Source: Escherichia phage Vec13. Taken from it: DNA of 39,747 nt. Location of the stretch: sequence record NC_048023.1; one strand, 5' to 3'. The notes below the pieces were generated by a model, which saw nothing but the letters and a program-made list of their open reading frames with translations, did no database searches and had not been told where the DNA came from. Positions 27,596 to 37,041 of this stretch are shown here, one piece after another. Position numbers and translations under genes: made by a program. Every line of letters starts with the position of its first letter. Within the stretch, counting starts at the first letter, position 1.

Positions 27596-27606
27596 GAGGA
27601 GGACTA

Positions 27607-29889
27607 ATGGCTAGTAATATTGAATCAGCTCTGGCTAATCGGACTATGGGTCGTGGCAGAGCGCCGGGTAAAACTATAGCCGTCAACTATCAAGCAGCCA
27701 GCGTTCAGGCTCCAACTGGTGACTCCGGTCTGGCTCGTGCGTTAACCAACTTCGTTGAGTCTGGAACTGGATTGTACAAGCAGTTCAAAGATGATGAGAA
27801 GACACTGGCTGACGAGCGGTCTAACGAGATTATCCGTAAGCTGACTCCTCAGCAGAGACGAGAGGCTATCCAGAACGGGACACTGCTGTATCAGGACGAC
27901 CCGTATGCTATGGAAGCACTTCGAGTCAAGACGGGCCGTAACGCTGCTTTTGCGGTGGATGACGAGATTAACGTTAAGATTCAGAACGGTGAGTTCCGTA
28001 CACGTCAGGAGATGGAAGAGTATCGCCACCAGCGACTTCAGGACGCCGCTAAGTCCTATGCTGAAGAGGCGGGTATTAACCCTACAGATGAGTTCTTCCA
28101 GCGCGGGTTCAACGATAACATCACAGACCGAAACATCGCTATCTATGGGTCTTTCAATAAGTATTTCAGTAAGCAGTCTGAAGAGACAGCAATGTTGAAT
28201 ACTCGTATTGAGATGAACTCATTCCTGAACGATGGCGACCTGATGCGTTCACCTGAGTCTGGCAAGACCTTCATGGCCTACCTTCGTGATGGACTAACTA
28301 CTGCTGCTATCCCTTCGGACCAGCGAGCACGGGAGGTACTTACCCAGACGGTCCGTGACGCAATCCAGAAGTCAGGCGGCTCCAACTTCCTACAGCAAGT
28401 ACGAGGCGAGCGAATCACCCTTAACGGTGTGGATGCTACAGTCGAAGAGATTGTAGGACCTGATGTCTTCAACGCTGCTATTGTTGAGGCGCAAGGAACT
28501 GAGTACAAGCTGGTGGCTAAGTATCAGGAGGACTTAGCGTTAGGCGTTCAGTCTGCGATTCTTCAGGACGACCCAACCATCGGTCTGGACCAGATTCAGA
28601 AACTCAAGGAGCAGAACAACCTGCTTCAACCGGGTGAAGAACTCACGCCTCAGCGTCAGATGCTTATTAATGCCGAAGCCAGCTTGCTTGAAGCGGTAAA
28701 GCGTAAGTCTGCTGAACAGGCGAAGGAGAACACTAAGTTAATCCAGACTCAGAACAAGCAACTGGTCATTGACCAAGTGTATCAGCGACGTCTGGCTGGG
28801 GACAACGTGTCCACCAACTATGAGGACCTTCCAGTCTCAGATGCTACAGGAGAGTTCAAGCGTTCTGACATGAACAACTATGCGTCTGCCAAGCTACAGC
28901 AGATTGACCAGATGGACATACCTGAGGCTGCTAAAGACGCTCAGAAGGTGGCATTGTTAAGAGCTGACACTAACAACGGTCCGTTCCGTAATGCCTTCCA
29001 GACTCTAACTCAGGACGCTGCTGGCGAGTGGCAAGCTGCGGTCATCCGGGGACAGTACGACCCAGACAAGATGCAACGCTTCGAGTCTCTTCGTCGTGCC
29101 TACACTCAGGACCCTTCAAGTTTTGCAGCTCTGTATCCTGACCAAGCTCAGTTGTTCTCTACGTTCGACCAGATGGACAAGATGGGTCTGGACCCTCAGA
29201 CGATGATTGAAGCTGATAAGCAAGCTGCAAGTCAAAGCCGTGAGATGCGAATGGAGTCAGACAAGGCGTGGCAGGAGTTGAAGAACGACTCCAAGAACAC
29301 CCAGTTGTCTCGCCTCCCAACGTCTCTGGACTCAAGTGCTCGTAAGGTCTGGGACTCATGGTACTATCGTACAGGTAACGCTGACGCTGCAACTCAGCAG
29401 ACTCAACGCTGGCTTAACGAGAACACCGTAACGTTCCAATCTGAAGGTTCGGACGGTAAGTCCATCGGCATGGTGTCCAAACACCAGCTTATGGTCGGGG
29501 ATAACCCAGAGTCGTGGCAGGTGGGTCGAGACATTATCGACACAGCTCGTCAGCAGCTCATTAAGGCCAACCCTTGGGTAGTGAACTCTCAGTTGTCCGT
29601 TGTTGAACAGAACGGCTCTATCTTCCTCCAAGACGCTACGGGGACTATTCGTATTCGATACGATAAAGAACTTGTAGGTAAACTCTACCGCGAACAACAG
29701 CAGAAGGCACAAGATGCCGCATATGCTCAGGCAGAACGTGACGCTAACAAGCGAGCGCGTATCGTCGGGACTAAAGCTGCTGGTGACAAACGTCGAGCTG
29801 ACCGAGAGGCCAACATCGAGAAGCGCGGTGGGATGTACAATGACGTCTCACTGGAGGGTATCGCAAACGTACTAATCGGTAAGGAGTAA
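27607..29889 (+). CDS. Internal virion (core) protein gp15 homolog
   Basis: 760 aa ORF in synteny between gp14 and gp16; size comparable to T7 gp15 (747 aa). Confidence 0.85.
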   Translation: MASNIESALANRTMGRGRAPGKTIAVNYQAASVQAPTGDSGLARALTNFVESGTGLYKQFKDDEKTLADERSNEIIRKLTPQQRREAIQNGTLLYQDDPYAMEALRVKTGRNAAFAVDDEINVKIQNGEFRTRQEMEEYRHQRLQDAAKSYAEEAGINPTDEFFQRGFNDNITDRNIAIYGSFNKYFSKQSEETAMLNTRIEMNSFLNDGDLMRSPESGKTFMAYLRDGLTTAAIPSDQRAREVLTQTVRDAIQKSGGSNFLQQVRGERITLNGVDATVEEIVGPDVFNAAIVEAQGTEYKLVAKYQEDLALGVQSAILQDDPTIGLDQIQKLKEQNNLLQPGEELTPQRQMLINAEASLLEAVKRKSAEQAKENTKLIQTQNKQLVIDQVYQRRLAGDNVSTNYEDLPVSDATGEFKRSDMNNYASAKLQQIDQMDIPEAAKDAQKVALLRADTNNGPFRNAFQTLTQDAAGEWQAAVIRGQYDPDKMQRFESLRRAYTQDPSSFAALYPDQAQLFSTFDQMDKMGLDPQTMIEADKQAASQSREMRMESDKAWQELKNDSKNTQLSRLPTSLDSSARKVWDSWYYRTGNADAATQQTQRWLNENTVTFQSEGSDGKSIGMVSKHQLMVGDNPESWQVGRDIIDTARQQLIKANPWVVNSQLSVVEQNGSIFLQDATGTIRIRYDKELVGKLYREQQQKAQDAAYAQAERDANKRARIVGTKAAGDKRRADREANIEKRGGMYNDVSLEGIANVLIGKE

Positions 29890-29893
29890 CATA

Positions 29894-32800
29894 ATGGCGA
29901 CTCGTGGTATTCGCAATAACAATCCGGGTAACATCCGGGTAAGTAAGGACCAATGGGAAGGAATGACTGGAGATGATGGCGCATTTGTCACCTTCGATAG
30001 TCCAGAGTCTGGCGTCCGAGCTTTAGGTAAAAACCTGCTGTCCTACGGTCGCCGAGGTTATGACTCCATCGAGAAGATTATCAACCGATGGGCACCTCCT
30101 AACGAGAACGACACTAAGGCTTATATCGACTCAGTGGTGGCTGCAACTGGTATTCCAGCTACCCAGAGTCTCGACCTATCGGACCCTGACACCCTGTCTT
30201 CTCTGGCTCAAGCTATCAGCTTCCATGAGACAGGCTCCCGGTACGACCCTGAAGTCTATCAGAAGGGAGTCGCACGAGCACTCAATGGCATCACCCCAAA
30301 GACTCCACCAGTAAGCGCTAACGTATTTGACGCACTCACGGAAGGACTCAAGGCTAAACCTAAAGTAGCTCTGGGTGAGAACCTTCCGACCGCTGCTGGT
30401 CTGAACATTGAGGGTCAAGCACCTGAAGCTCCAAACGAATCGTTCGGTGAGATGTTCTATAAGGCTACTGGCGAGACCGTGCAGGAAAGAGAGGACCGCT
30501 CTACGTGGTTCGGTTTCGGTGCGGCTACAGAAGCTGAAGTGAAGAACTCTATGGTCGGCGTGGCTATCCGAGCTGGTCAGACTGAGGACTCACTTGATGT
30601 CATTGGCGACGTGTTCAACCCGACCAGATGGAACAACCATAAGTGGACTCGTGAGGAGCTGGACCAGATTCGTAACGCTGGGGTTATGCCTCAGTATTAC
30701 GGAGTCATTACTGGTGGCTCTCCTCAGAACCTGACCGAGCTTATTAACTTGGCGCTTGAGAACCAGAAGTTGGACCAAGAGAAGGCCAAGGCTGGGACTG
30801 GTGCTCAGTTAGCTGCTGGTGTTATTGGCGCTGGTGTGGACCCTCTAACATACGTTCCCATTGCTGGACAGGTTGGTAAGGGTGGTAAGCTGGTAAATAA
30901 GATGTTTACAGTGGCTGCTCAATCCGGGGCGCTGGCTGGTGTATCTGAGATGGCCCGTACCTCAGTGGCTGGTGGTGATGCTCATGTGGCTGAAGCTATC
31001 CTTGGTGGTGCGCTATTTGGTGGCGGCATGACTGCTATCGCTGATGGACTAGGCAGAGCCTTAGGTCGCAACACTAATGAGTTCGCTGGTCCAGCAACAC
31101 GTCTAGAAGCCCGTGAGACCGCTCGTAACGTTGATGGTCAGGACCTGTCTCGTCTCCCTATTCAGGAAGGTGAGCAGACCTTTAGTCATCAAGGAGTTAA
31201 GTTCGCTGACGTTCCGAATGAGCCTGGTAGTGTACGGCTTGAAGACGGCTCAATCCTGATTGGTGAGAACCCTCTGAACCCTAAGACACGTCAAGTCTTT
31301 GACGAAGTGATTGAGCCGGAACGTGCCGCTGCTGGTGTGAACCTTGGTGGACTTACCGAGATTGGCCTGAAGCTGCTTCGGTCTGAGAACCCTGAGATTC
31401 GTGGAGTAGCTGCTGACTTAGTGCGTTCACCGACTGGTATGCAGTCTGGGGCCTCAGGTAAAATCGGGACAACTGCGTCAGACGTGTTCGAGAGACTTCG
31501 TGCTGTGGACCATCGGTTCTACAACGACATCGACGATGCGGTTACTGAGGCACTAAAGGACCCGTACTTCCAGACAGCATTCTGGCGGGACTCTGGCGCA
31601 TTCCGTCAGGACATCTACCAGCGTGTGTCTATGGCTATCGAAGATGGTAGCGGAAACCTGAAGGCTGAACTGACTCCGGGAGAACTGAAAGTCTATGACC
31701 TACTGAAGAACCAGTTTGACGCCAAGCGTGAGATGATGGAGAACCCGGCGATGTTTGGTCGTCCAGACGCTCAGTCTATCTTTCCGGGCAGCCGCTTCAA
31801 GGGAACATACGTCCCGCATGTGTATAGCAACCAGATGAAGGAGCTGTACATCAAGGAGCTTGGGAGTCCAGAGGCACTACAGGAGGCCATCAAGAAGTCA
31901 TGGTTGACCAGCTATGCGTCTCGACCTGAGGTCAAGAAACGTGTGGACGAGGCACTCTTAGAGGCTGACCCTACGTTGACTCCAGAAGGACTTGCGGCTG
32001 CGGTCGATAAGTACGCCAACGATAAGGCTTATGGTATCTCTCACACCGAGCAGTTCGAGCGTTCATCCGTAATGGAAGAGAACATCAATGGTCTGGTGGG
32101 TCTGGAGAACAACAGCTTCCTTGAGGCTCGTAACCTGTTCGATAGCGATATGTCAATCGTCCTACCTAACGGTCAGACCTTCAGTGTCAACAACCTGCGT
32201 GAGTGGGACATGGACAAGATTGTCCCGGCCTACAACCGTCGAGTTAATGGCGATATTGCTATCATGGCTGGTACAGGCAAGACCACGAAGGACATGAAGG
32301 ACTTGGTTGAGACCATGATGAACAAGGCTGGGGATGACGGTAAGTTGAAAGGTGAAGTATCTACCTTACGTGACACCTTGAAGATTCTAACTGGTCGTGC
32401 TCGACGTGATGGTGCTGATGATGCAGCCTTCGCTACCGTGATGCGCACAATGACAGACCTATCGTTCTTCGCCAAGAATGCCTACATGGGTGTTCAGAAC
32501 TTAACGGAGATTGGTGGTATGCTGGCTCGTGGCAACGTTCGTGCACTGCTTCATGGAGTCCCTATTTTCCGTGACCTAGCCTTCCGTAACAAGAAGGTTG
32601 GGGCCTCGGAGATTAAGGACCTGCATAATGTGATCTTCGGTAAGGAACTGGACGACTCAATCCGTCCGTCTAAACAGGATGTCATTGACCGTCTGCGGTC
32701 TTACAGTGACCTCGGTCGTGGTACAGCTACAGCTCTGGGGACTGCCAAGTATTACACTGGCGAACTTGCAGTACGCTCTCCGTTCACTAAAGTCCTCAAC

Positions 32801-33781
32801 GGTACGACCAACTACCTGTTAGATGCTGGACGTCAAGGCTTCCTGTCTGACATCGTGGAGCATAGCCTGACTGGTAGTAAGCGTAAGTTCGATGACCGCT
32901 GGCTTAAGACCGCTGGTATCTCTGACGAGCAGTGGAAGGGAATTAAGTCCCTCATCCGTGAGTCAGTGACGCGTGGTCCAGACGGGACGTACACCATCAA
33001 GGATAAGAAGGCGTTCAGTCAGGACCCAAGGGCTATGGACCTCTGGCGTATGGGTGACACCATCGCTGATGAGACCCTGCTCCGTCCCCACAAGCTGAGC
33101 AACATGGACGCCAAGGCTTATGGTCCGATAGCGAAGACTGTCTTGCAGTTTAAGAACTTCGTTATCAAGTCTATCAACGGTCGAACCATGCGTACCTTCT
33201 ACAACGCCACCAAGAACAACCGAGCTATGGATGCTGCACTGTCCACGGTTATGTCTATGGGTCTGGCTGGGATGTACTACATGGCTCAGGCGCACATCAA
33301 GGCTTACGCTATGCAGGACGGTCGTGACCGTGAGTACCTGAAGCAAGCCCTGAACCCGACGATGATTGGCTATGCGGCTCTATCCCGTAGCTCCCACTTG
33401 GGTGGACCTCTTGGGGTCGCCAACATTCTGGGTGGCATCGCTGGGTATGAGGACACTAAGTTACTCCGCTCGTCTATCCTTCCTCGCTCACCTACCGAGA
33501 AGACGGAGAAGCCAATCGCCTTTGGTGCTGCTTCCAGTGGTCCGGTAATGAATGTGGTCGGCAACTTCCTTGAGCAGGTCCCGGCTTTCGGCTATGCTGC
33601 TAACGTTGGTGCTACGGCTTACAACTTGGCGGGATACCTCAAGGCTGATACCCGTGTCAACGAGCGAGACTACATGACCGGGATGTATAACACGTTCCGT
33701 GAACTTGTACCGAATGACCCGATTACCCAGAAGTTGCTGCTTGGAACGTTTGAGGAGCAAGGCATCCACATCAAGGACTAA
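29894..33781 (+). CDS. Internal virion (core/ejectosome) protein gp16 homolog with divergent N-terminal domain
   Basis: 1295 aa; from about residue 200 colinear with T7 gp16 (STWFGF, VITGGSPQNL, LRSPTGMQSGASGK, NPAMFG, TYVPHVY, NSFLEARNLFDSD, PHKLS, ALSRSS); N-terminal about 200 aa lack the T7 lytic transglycosylase motifs. Confidence 0.95.
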   Translation: MATRGIRNNNPGNIRVSKDQWEGMTGDDGAFVTFDSPESGVRALGKNLLSYGRRGYDSIEKIINRWAPPNENDTKAYIDSVVAATGIPATQSLDLSDPDTLSSLAQAISFHETGSRYDPEVYQKGVARALNGITPKTPPVSANVFDALTEGLKAKPKVALGENLPTAAGLNIEGQAPEAPNESFGEMFYKATGETVQEREDRSTWFGFGAATEAEVKNSMVGVAIRAGQTEDSLDVIGDVFNPTRWNNHKWTREELDQIRNAGVMPQYYGVITGGSPQNLTELINLALENQKLDQEKAKAGTGAQLAAGVIGAGVDPLTYVPIAGQVGKGGKLVNKMFTVAAQSGALAGVSEMARTSVAGGDAHVAEAILGGALFGGGMTAIADGLGRALGRNTNEFAGPATRLEARETARNVDGQDLSRLPIQEGEQTFSHQGVKFADVPNEPGSVRLEDGSILIGENPLNPKTRQVFDEVIEPERAAAGVNLGGLTEIGLKLLRSENPEIRGVAADLVRSPTGMQSGASGKIGTTASDVFERLRAVDHRFYNDIDDAVTEALKDPYFQTAFWRDSGAFRQDIYQRVSMAIEDGSGNLKAELTPGELKVYDLLKNQFDAKREMMENPAMFGRPDAQSIFPGSRFKGTYVPHVYSNQMKELYIKELGSPEALQEAIKKSWLTSYASRPEVKKRVDEALLEADPTLTPEGLAAAVDKYANDKAYGISHTEQFERSSVMEENINGLVGLENNSFLEARNLFDSDMSIVLPNGQTFSVNNLREWDMDKIVPAYNRRVNGDIAIMAGTGKTTKDMKDLVETMMNKAGDDGKLKGEVSTLRDTLKILTGRARRDGADDAAFATVMRTMTDLSFFAKNAYMGVQNLTEIGGMLARGNVRALLHGVPIFRDLAFRNKKVGASEIKDLHNVIFGKELDDSIRPSKQDVIDRLRSYSDLGRGTATALGTAKYYTGELAVRSPFTKVLNGTTNYLLDAGRQGFLSDIVEHSLTGSKRKFDDRWLKTAGISDEQWKGIKSLIRESVTRGPDGTYTIKDKKAFSQDPRAMDLWRMGDTIADETLLRPHKLSNMDAKAYGPIAKTVLQFKNFVIKSINGRTMRTFYNATKNNRAMDAALSTVMSMGLAGMYYMAQAHIKAYAMQDGRDREYLKQALNPTMIGYAALSRSSHLGGPLGVANILGGIAGYEDTKLLRSSILPRSPTEKTEKPIAFGAASSGPVMNVVGNFLEQVPAFGYAANVGATAYNLAGYLKADTRVNERDYMTGMYNTFRELVPNDPITQKLLLGTFEEQGIHIKD

Positions 33782-33799
33782 ACTATCACTATAGGAAAC
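33777..33799 (+). promoter_or_regulatory. Phage RNAP promoter (phi17-like)
   Basis: ctaaACTATCACTATAGGaaacg; +1 G at 33794. Confidence 0.85.
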
Positions 33800-33846
33800 G
33801 GGAGGCGCTACCATAGGTCTCCCTTTAATTCATAACAGGAGGCATA

Positions 33847-35877
33847 ATGTCCACGATTACACAATTCCCTTCAGGAAGCACTCAGTACAGGATTGAGTTC
33901 GACTACCTAGCCAGAACGTTTGTTGTTGTTACGCTGGTGAATAGCTCTAACCCTACCCTGAACCGTGTACTGGAAGTTGGTCGAGATTACCGATTCCTTA
34001 ATCCAACGATGATTGAGATGTTGGTTGACCAATCAGGTTTCGACATCGTTCGCATTCACCGTCAGACTGGAACTGACTTAGTGGTAGACTTCAGGAATGG
34101 CTCAGTGTTGACAGCTAGTGACCTGACAAATTCAGAGCTTCAGGCTATCCATATTGCAGAAGAAGGTCGAGACCAAACGGTTGACTTAGCGAAGGAATAT
34201 GCCGATGCTGCTGGTAGCTCTGCTGGCAACGCTAAGGATAGCGAGGACGAAGCACGCCGAATCGCTGAGAGTATCAGGGCGGCTGGTCTAATTGGTTATA
34301 TTACCCGTCGCTCCTTCGAGAAAGGCTACAACGTTACAACATGGAGCGAGGTCCTGCTATGGGAAGAGGATGGTGATTATTACCGCTGGGATGGTACGCT
34401 TCCAAAGAACGTTCCTGCTGGTTCAACTCCTGAAACTTCCGGTGGGATTGGATTAGGTGCGTGGGTTAGTGTTGGTGATGCTGCTTTAAGAAGTCAGATT
34501 TCAAACCCGGAAGGGGCAATACTCTACCCAGAATTACAGATGGCGCGCTGGCGAGATGAGGGTGATGTTCGCGGATGGGGTGCTAAAGGTGATGGTTCTG
34601 CGGATGATACAGAGGCTTTCAAGGCAGCACTGGCAACAGGAAAGAATCTATATATCCCCGTTGGTATATACATCATTAAAGAGACTTTGTACTTTAAGAA
34701 CCAAGTTATTAAAGGTGGGGGAATATCTCCATCACCAAGTCTTGGTACAATCCTAGCAATCTCTCACAATGAAGCAGCTTTTAAGTATGACGTTAACTCT
34801 GGATACTCCATGGGTGGCTACTTAGGCGGTTTCTTCATTGATTATGGTGAGAACAAGCCAGACAACTATGGTGGTCGCAAAGGTATTGATATTGGTGATG
34901 CATCGCAGACAGCATGGCCTTCACAATTTATCATTGAGAACATCATAGTACGTGGTGCGTACTTTGGTATTCATGACGTGACAGGGGCTTTTCAGTATAC
35001 CATGCGTAACGTATTGGCGATTAATTGCTGGGAAGGTTTCCGTAAGCATATTGGTACTACAGTCCTAATGGATACATGCTACGCACTTAATTGTTATCAG
35101 GCGTTCAATTTTGCAAACGTGTACAACATGACTATGAACAATTGTGCAATGGACGGCTGTAATGATATACAAGGTCTACAGGCTTTTGATATTAACAACT
35201 GTAAAGGTATGGTAATAAATGGCATGTACAGCGAGAACTGTGAGATTCATCATAATGGACATGCCTCTATATATATTCATGGGGACTCAACAGTAACACT
35301 TAACGGATATGCACTACATTCCCACAAAGTTCTGGCTAGTTCTGGGGAGGCTTACTTCTTACGAGCACATGAAAGTTCTCGCGTTACTGTTGATGGTATC
35401 TTCTTCGGGGAAGACCTGACGTCTACTGCTGTATTCATGTACCCAGTCCTGTCTTCTGGGGATGCTAGAGTTAAGCTTGGAACTACTAGATTGAAGTTGT
35501 GGACTGGTGCTACGGGTGGGGCGTCACTGGCTGCACTAGGTAACAGTTTGATTGAGTATGACAACACAGTCTTTGTTCCAACAGTCACGGTCGGATGGTG
35601 TAGCAACAACGGAGTTGTAGCCAAAGGTACTCTTGCAGTTAACACTACGCTTGAACCAGGTGCTGACCTGAATGCCGGTAATATTACCCTCACTGGTGAC
35701 TACAAGCCAACTAAGGGGGATGTGCTTGTGTATGGTGCTACCTTTGATGTTAAGTCATGTTCAATTATTCTCAAGCCAATAGGGGAGAATTTATGTAATG
35801 TGTACATTAAGAACTTAAGTGCAGGTGGTAGTGCTACTCTTCTTGGTGACTTGATGGTACAGGCCATCCGACGCTAG
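33847..35877 (+). CDS. Tailspike/tail fiber: T7 gp17-like N-terminal adaptor plus pectate-lyase-like beta-helix (putative polysaccharide depolymerase)
   Basis: 676 aa; N-terminus FDYLARTFVVVTLV, DYRF, IHIAEE match T7 gp17; from about residue 240 WGAKGDGSADDTEAFKAAL and repetitive G/N/C-rich stretches typical of pectate lyase superfamily tailspikes. Confidence 0.9.
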   Translation: MSTITQFPSGSTQYRIEFDYLARTFVVVTLVNSSNPTLNRVLEVGRDYRFLNPTMIEMLVDQSGFDIVRIHRQTGTDLVVDFRNGSVLTASDLTNSELQAIHIAEEGRDQTVDLAKEYADAAGSSAGNAKDSEDEARRIAESIRAAGLIGYITRRSFEKGYNVTTWSEVLLWEEDGDYYRWDGTLPKNVPAGSTPETSGGIGLGAWVSVGDAALRSQISNPEGAILYPELQMARWRDEGDVRGWGAKGDGSADDTEAFKAALATGKNLYIPVGIYIIKETLYFKNQVIKGGGISPSPSLGTILAISHNEAAFKYDVNSGYSMGGYLGGFFIDYGENKPDNYGGRKGIDIGDASQTAWPSQFIIENIIVRGAYFGIHDVTGAFQYTMRNVLAINCWEGFRKHIGTTVLMDTCYALNCYQAFNFANVYNMTMNNCAMDGCNDIQGLQAFDINNCKGMVINGMYSENCEIHHNGHASIYIHGDSTVTLNGYALHSHKVLASSGEAYFLRAHESSRVTVDGIFFGEDLTSTAVFMYPVLSSGDARVKLGTTRLKLWTGATGGASLAALGNSLIEYDNTVFVPTVTVGWCSNNGVVAKGTLAVNTTLEPGADLNAGNITLTGDYKPTKGDVLVYGATFDVKSCSIILKPIGENLCNVYIKNLSAGGSATLLGDLMVQAIRR

Positions 35878-36035
35878 AAATGTACGCATGGATTCGCTGA
35901 GGTGGTTATCCATGAAGAGGGTGAGGAGTGGGGTGTAGATGTTAGAAGGTTGTGGAGGTAGAGGCTAACTACACGCTAACCAACGTAGGGTAACAACTTT
36001 GGGTCACGGACGACCCGCTTTAAACTGGAGGTTTT

Positions 36036-36230
36036 ATGATTGAGTTAGACTTCAAGAATGAGGTCCTTAAAGCCTCTCCTATAGTCGGGACCGCTGCGGC
36101 TGATGGTGCCAGTCGGTTCTTCTTCGGGCTCACACTTAACGAATGGTTCTACGTTGCAGCTATCGCGTACACCGTTGTCCAGATTGGTGTGCTAGTCTAC
36201 AAAACGATTAAAGGAGGTGGTAAAACATGA
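36036..36230 (+). CDS. Holin (T7 gp17.5 homolog)
   Basis: 64 aa; AAPIVGT, FFFGLTLNEWFYVAAIAYTVVQIG match T7 gp17.5. Confidence 0.9.
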   Translation: MIELDFKNEVLKASPIVGTAAADGASRFFFGLTLNEWFYVAAIAYTVVQIGVLVYKTIKGGGKT

Positions 36231-36490
36231 CGCAGATGGACTTAGAGAAGTTCCTCTTGATGCTAGATACTGAACGTGCTCGACTCATGCTGCAAGACCT
36301 GCGGGATGACACTAAGCGTTCACCTCAGCTTTACAACGCCATTGAGAAGCTACTGGCTCGTCACAACTTCGTGCTAAGCAAGGTGTCTGTCGACGAGAAG
36401 ACTCTGGCTGATATGGAGGCCCTGAACGCAGAGTACGATAAGGTGCTCTCGGCTACGGAAGATAATGACACCGGGTATGGTGTTCAATAA
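36227..36490 (+). CDS. Terminase small subunit (T7 gp18 homolog)
   Basis: 87 aa ORF immediately upstream of Rz-like and TerL in T7 order; SD aaaggagg. Confidence 0.8.
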   Translation: MTQMDLEKFLLMLDTERARLMLQDLRDDTKRSPQLYNAIEKLLARHNFVLSKVSVDEKTLADMEALNAEYDKVLSATEDNDTGYGVQ

Positions 36491-36538
36491 GTGTTAGACT
36501 CAAGGTCATTACTATATGTAGTGGCCTTTATGGTTAAC
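36491..36538 (+). promoter_or_regulatory. RNase III-like hairpin (conserved element copy 3, R18.5-like)
   Basis: gtgttagactcaaggtcat ... gtggcctttatggttaacac; outer arms gtgtta/taacac complementary. Confidence 0.55.
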
Positions 36539-36591
36539 ACTAACTAGTGGAGGAGACTCTACGTGAAATCTGATAAACCGGGAGGGCAACT

Positions 36592-37041
36592 ATGCTCGAA
36601 TTTTTAAAGAGAGCGGCTCCGTGGTTACTTGCAGCAGTGATGTTTGCTGGTGGCTACCACACCGCTAACAATAAGTGGGAGGCTAAGGTCAATGAAGAAT
36701 ACACCTCGAATCTTAAGGCATCGGAAGATACAAGGCTTGCTGTCCAAGCTGAAGTCAACAAAGTGTCCAAACGGTTTCAGGACGAAATGTCCTCGCTGGA
36801 AGGCAGCACTGATAGGATTATTGCTGACCTTCAGTCTGACAATAAGCGGCTGCGCATCCGAGTCAAACCAACGAGTGGAACCACGCAAAGTGACGGTCGA
36901 TGCGTCATTGATGGTTACGCCGAACTTGACGAACGAGATGCTAAACGTCTTATCGCCATCGGAGTGAAAGGAGACAAGTGGATTAAGGCCCTTCAGGACA
37001 CTGTGAGAGCCTTGCAGCAAGATAAGGAGGTGACGCATTGA
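36592..37041 (+). CDS. Rz-like i-spanin (T7 gp18.5 homolog)
   Basis: 149 aa; MLEFL start, N-terminal [27 protein letters not shown] and DERDAKRL match T7 gp18.5. Confidence 0.9.
   Translation: MLEFLKRAAPWLLAAVMFAGGYHTANNKWEAKVNEEYTSNLKASEDTRLAVQAEVNKVSKRFQDEMSSLEGSTDRIIADLQSDNKRLRIRVKPTSGTTQSDGRCVIDGYAELDERDAKRLIAIGVKGDKWIKALQDTVRALQQDKEVTH
36689..36967 (+). CDS. Rz1-like o-spanin lipoprotein embedded in +1 frame of Rz (T7 gp18.7 homolog)
   Basis: [25 protein letters not shown] matches T7 Rz1 [25 protein letters not shown]; lipobox LTISGC; start at internal ATG (track ORF 36644..36967). Confidence 0.8.
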   Translation, partial: SMKNTPRILRHRKIQGLLSKLKSTKCPNGFRTKCPRWKAALIGLLLTFSLTISGCASESNQRVEPRKVTVDASLMVTPNLTNEMLNVLSPSE

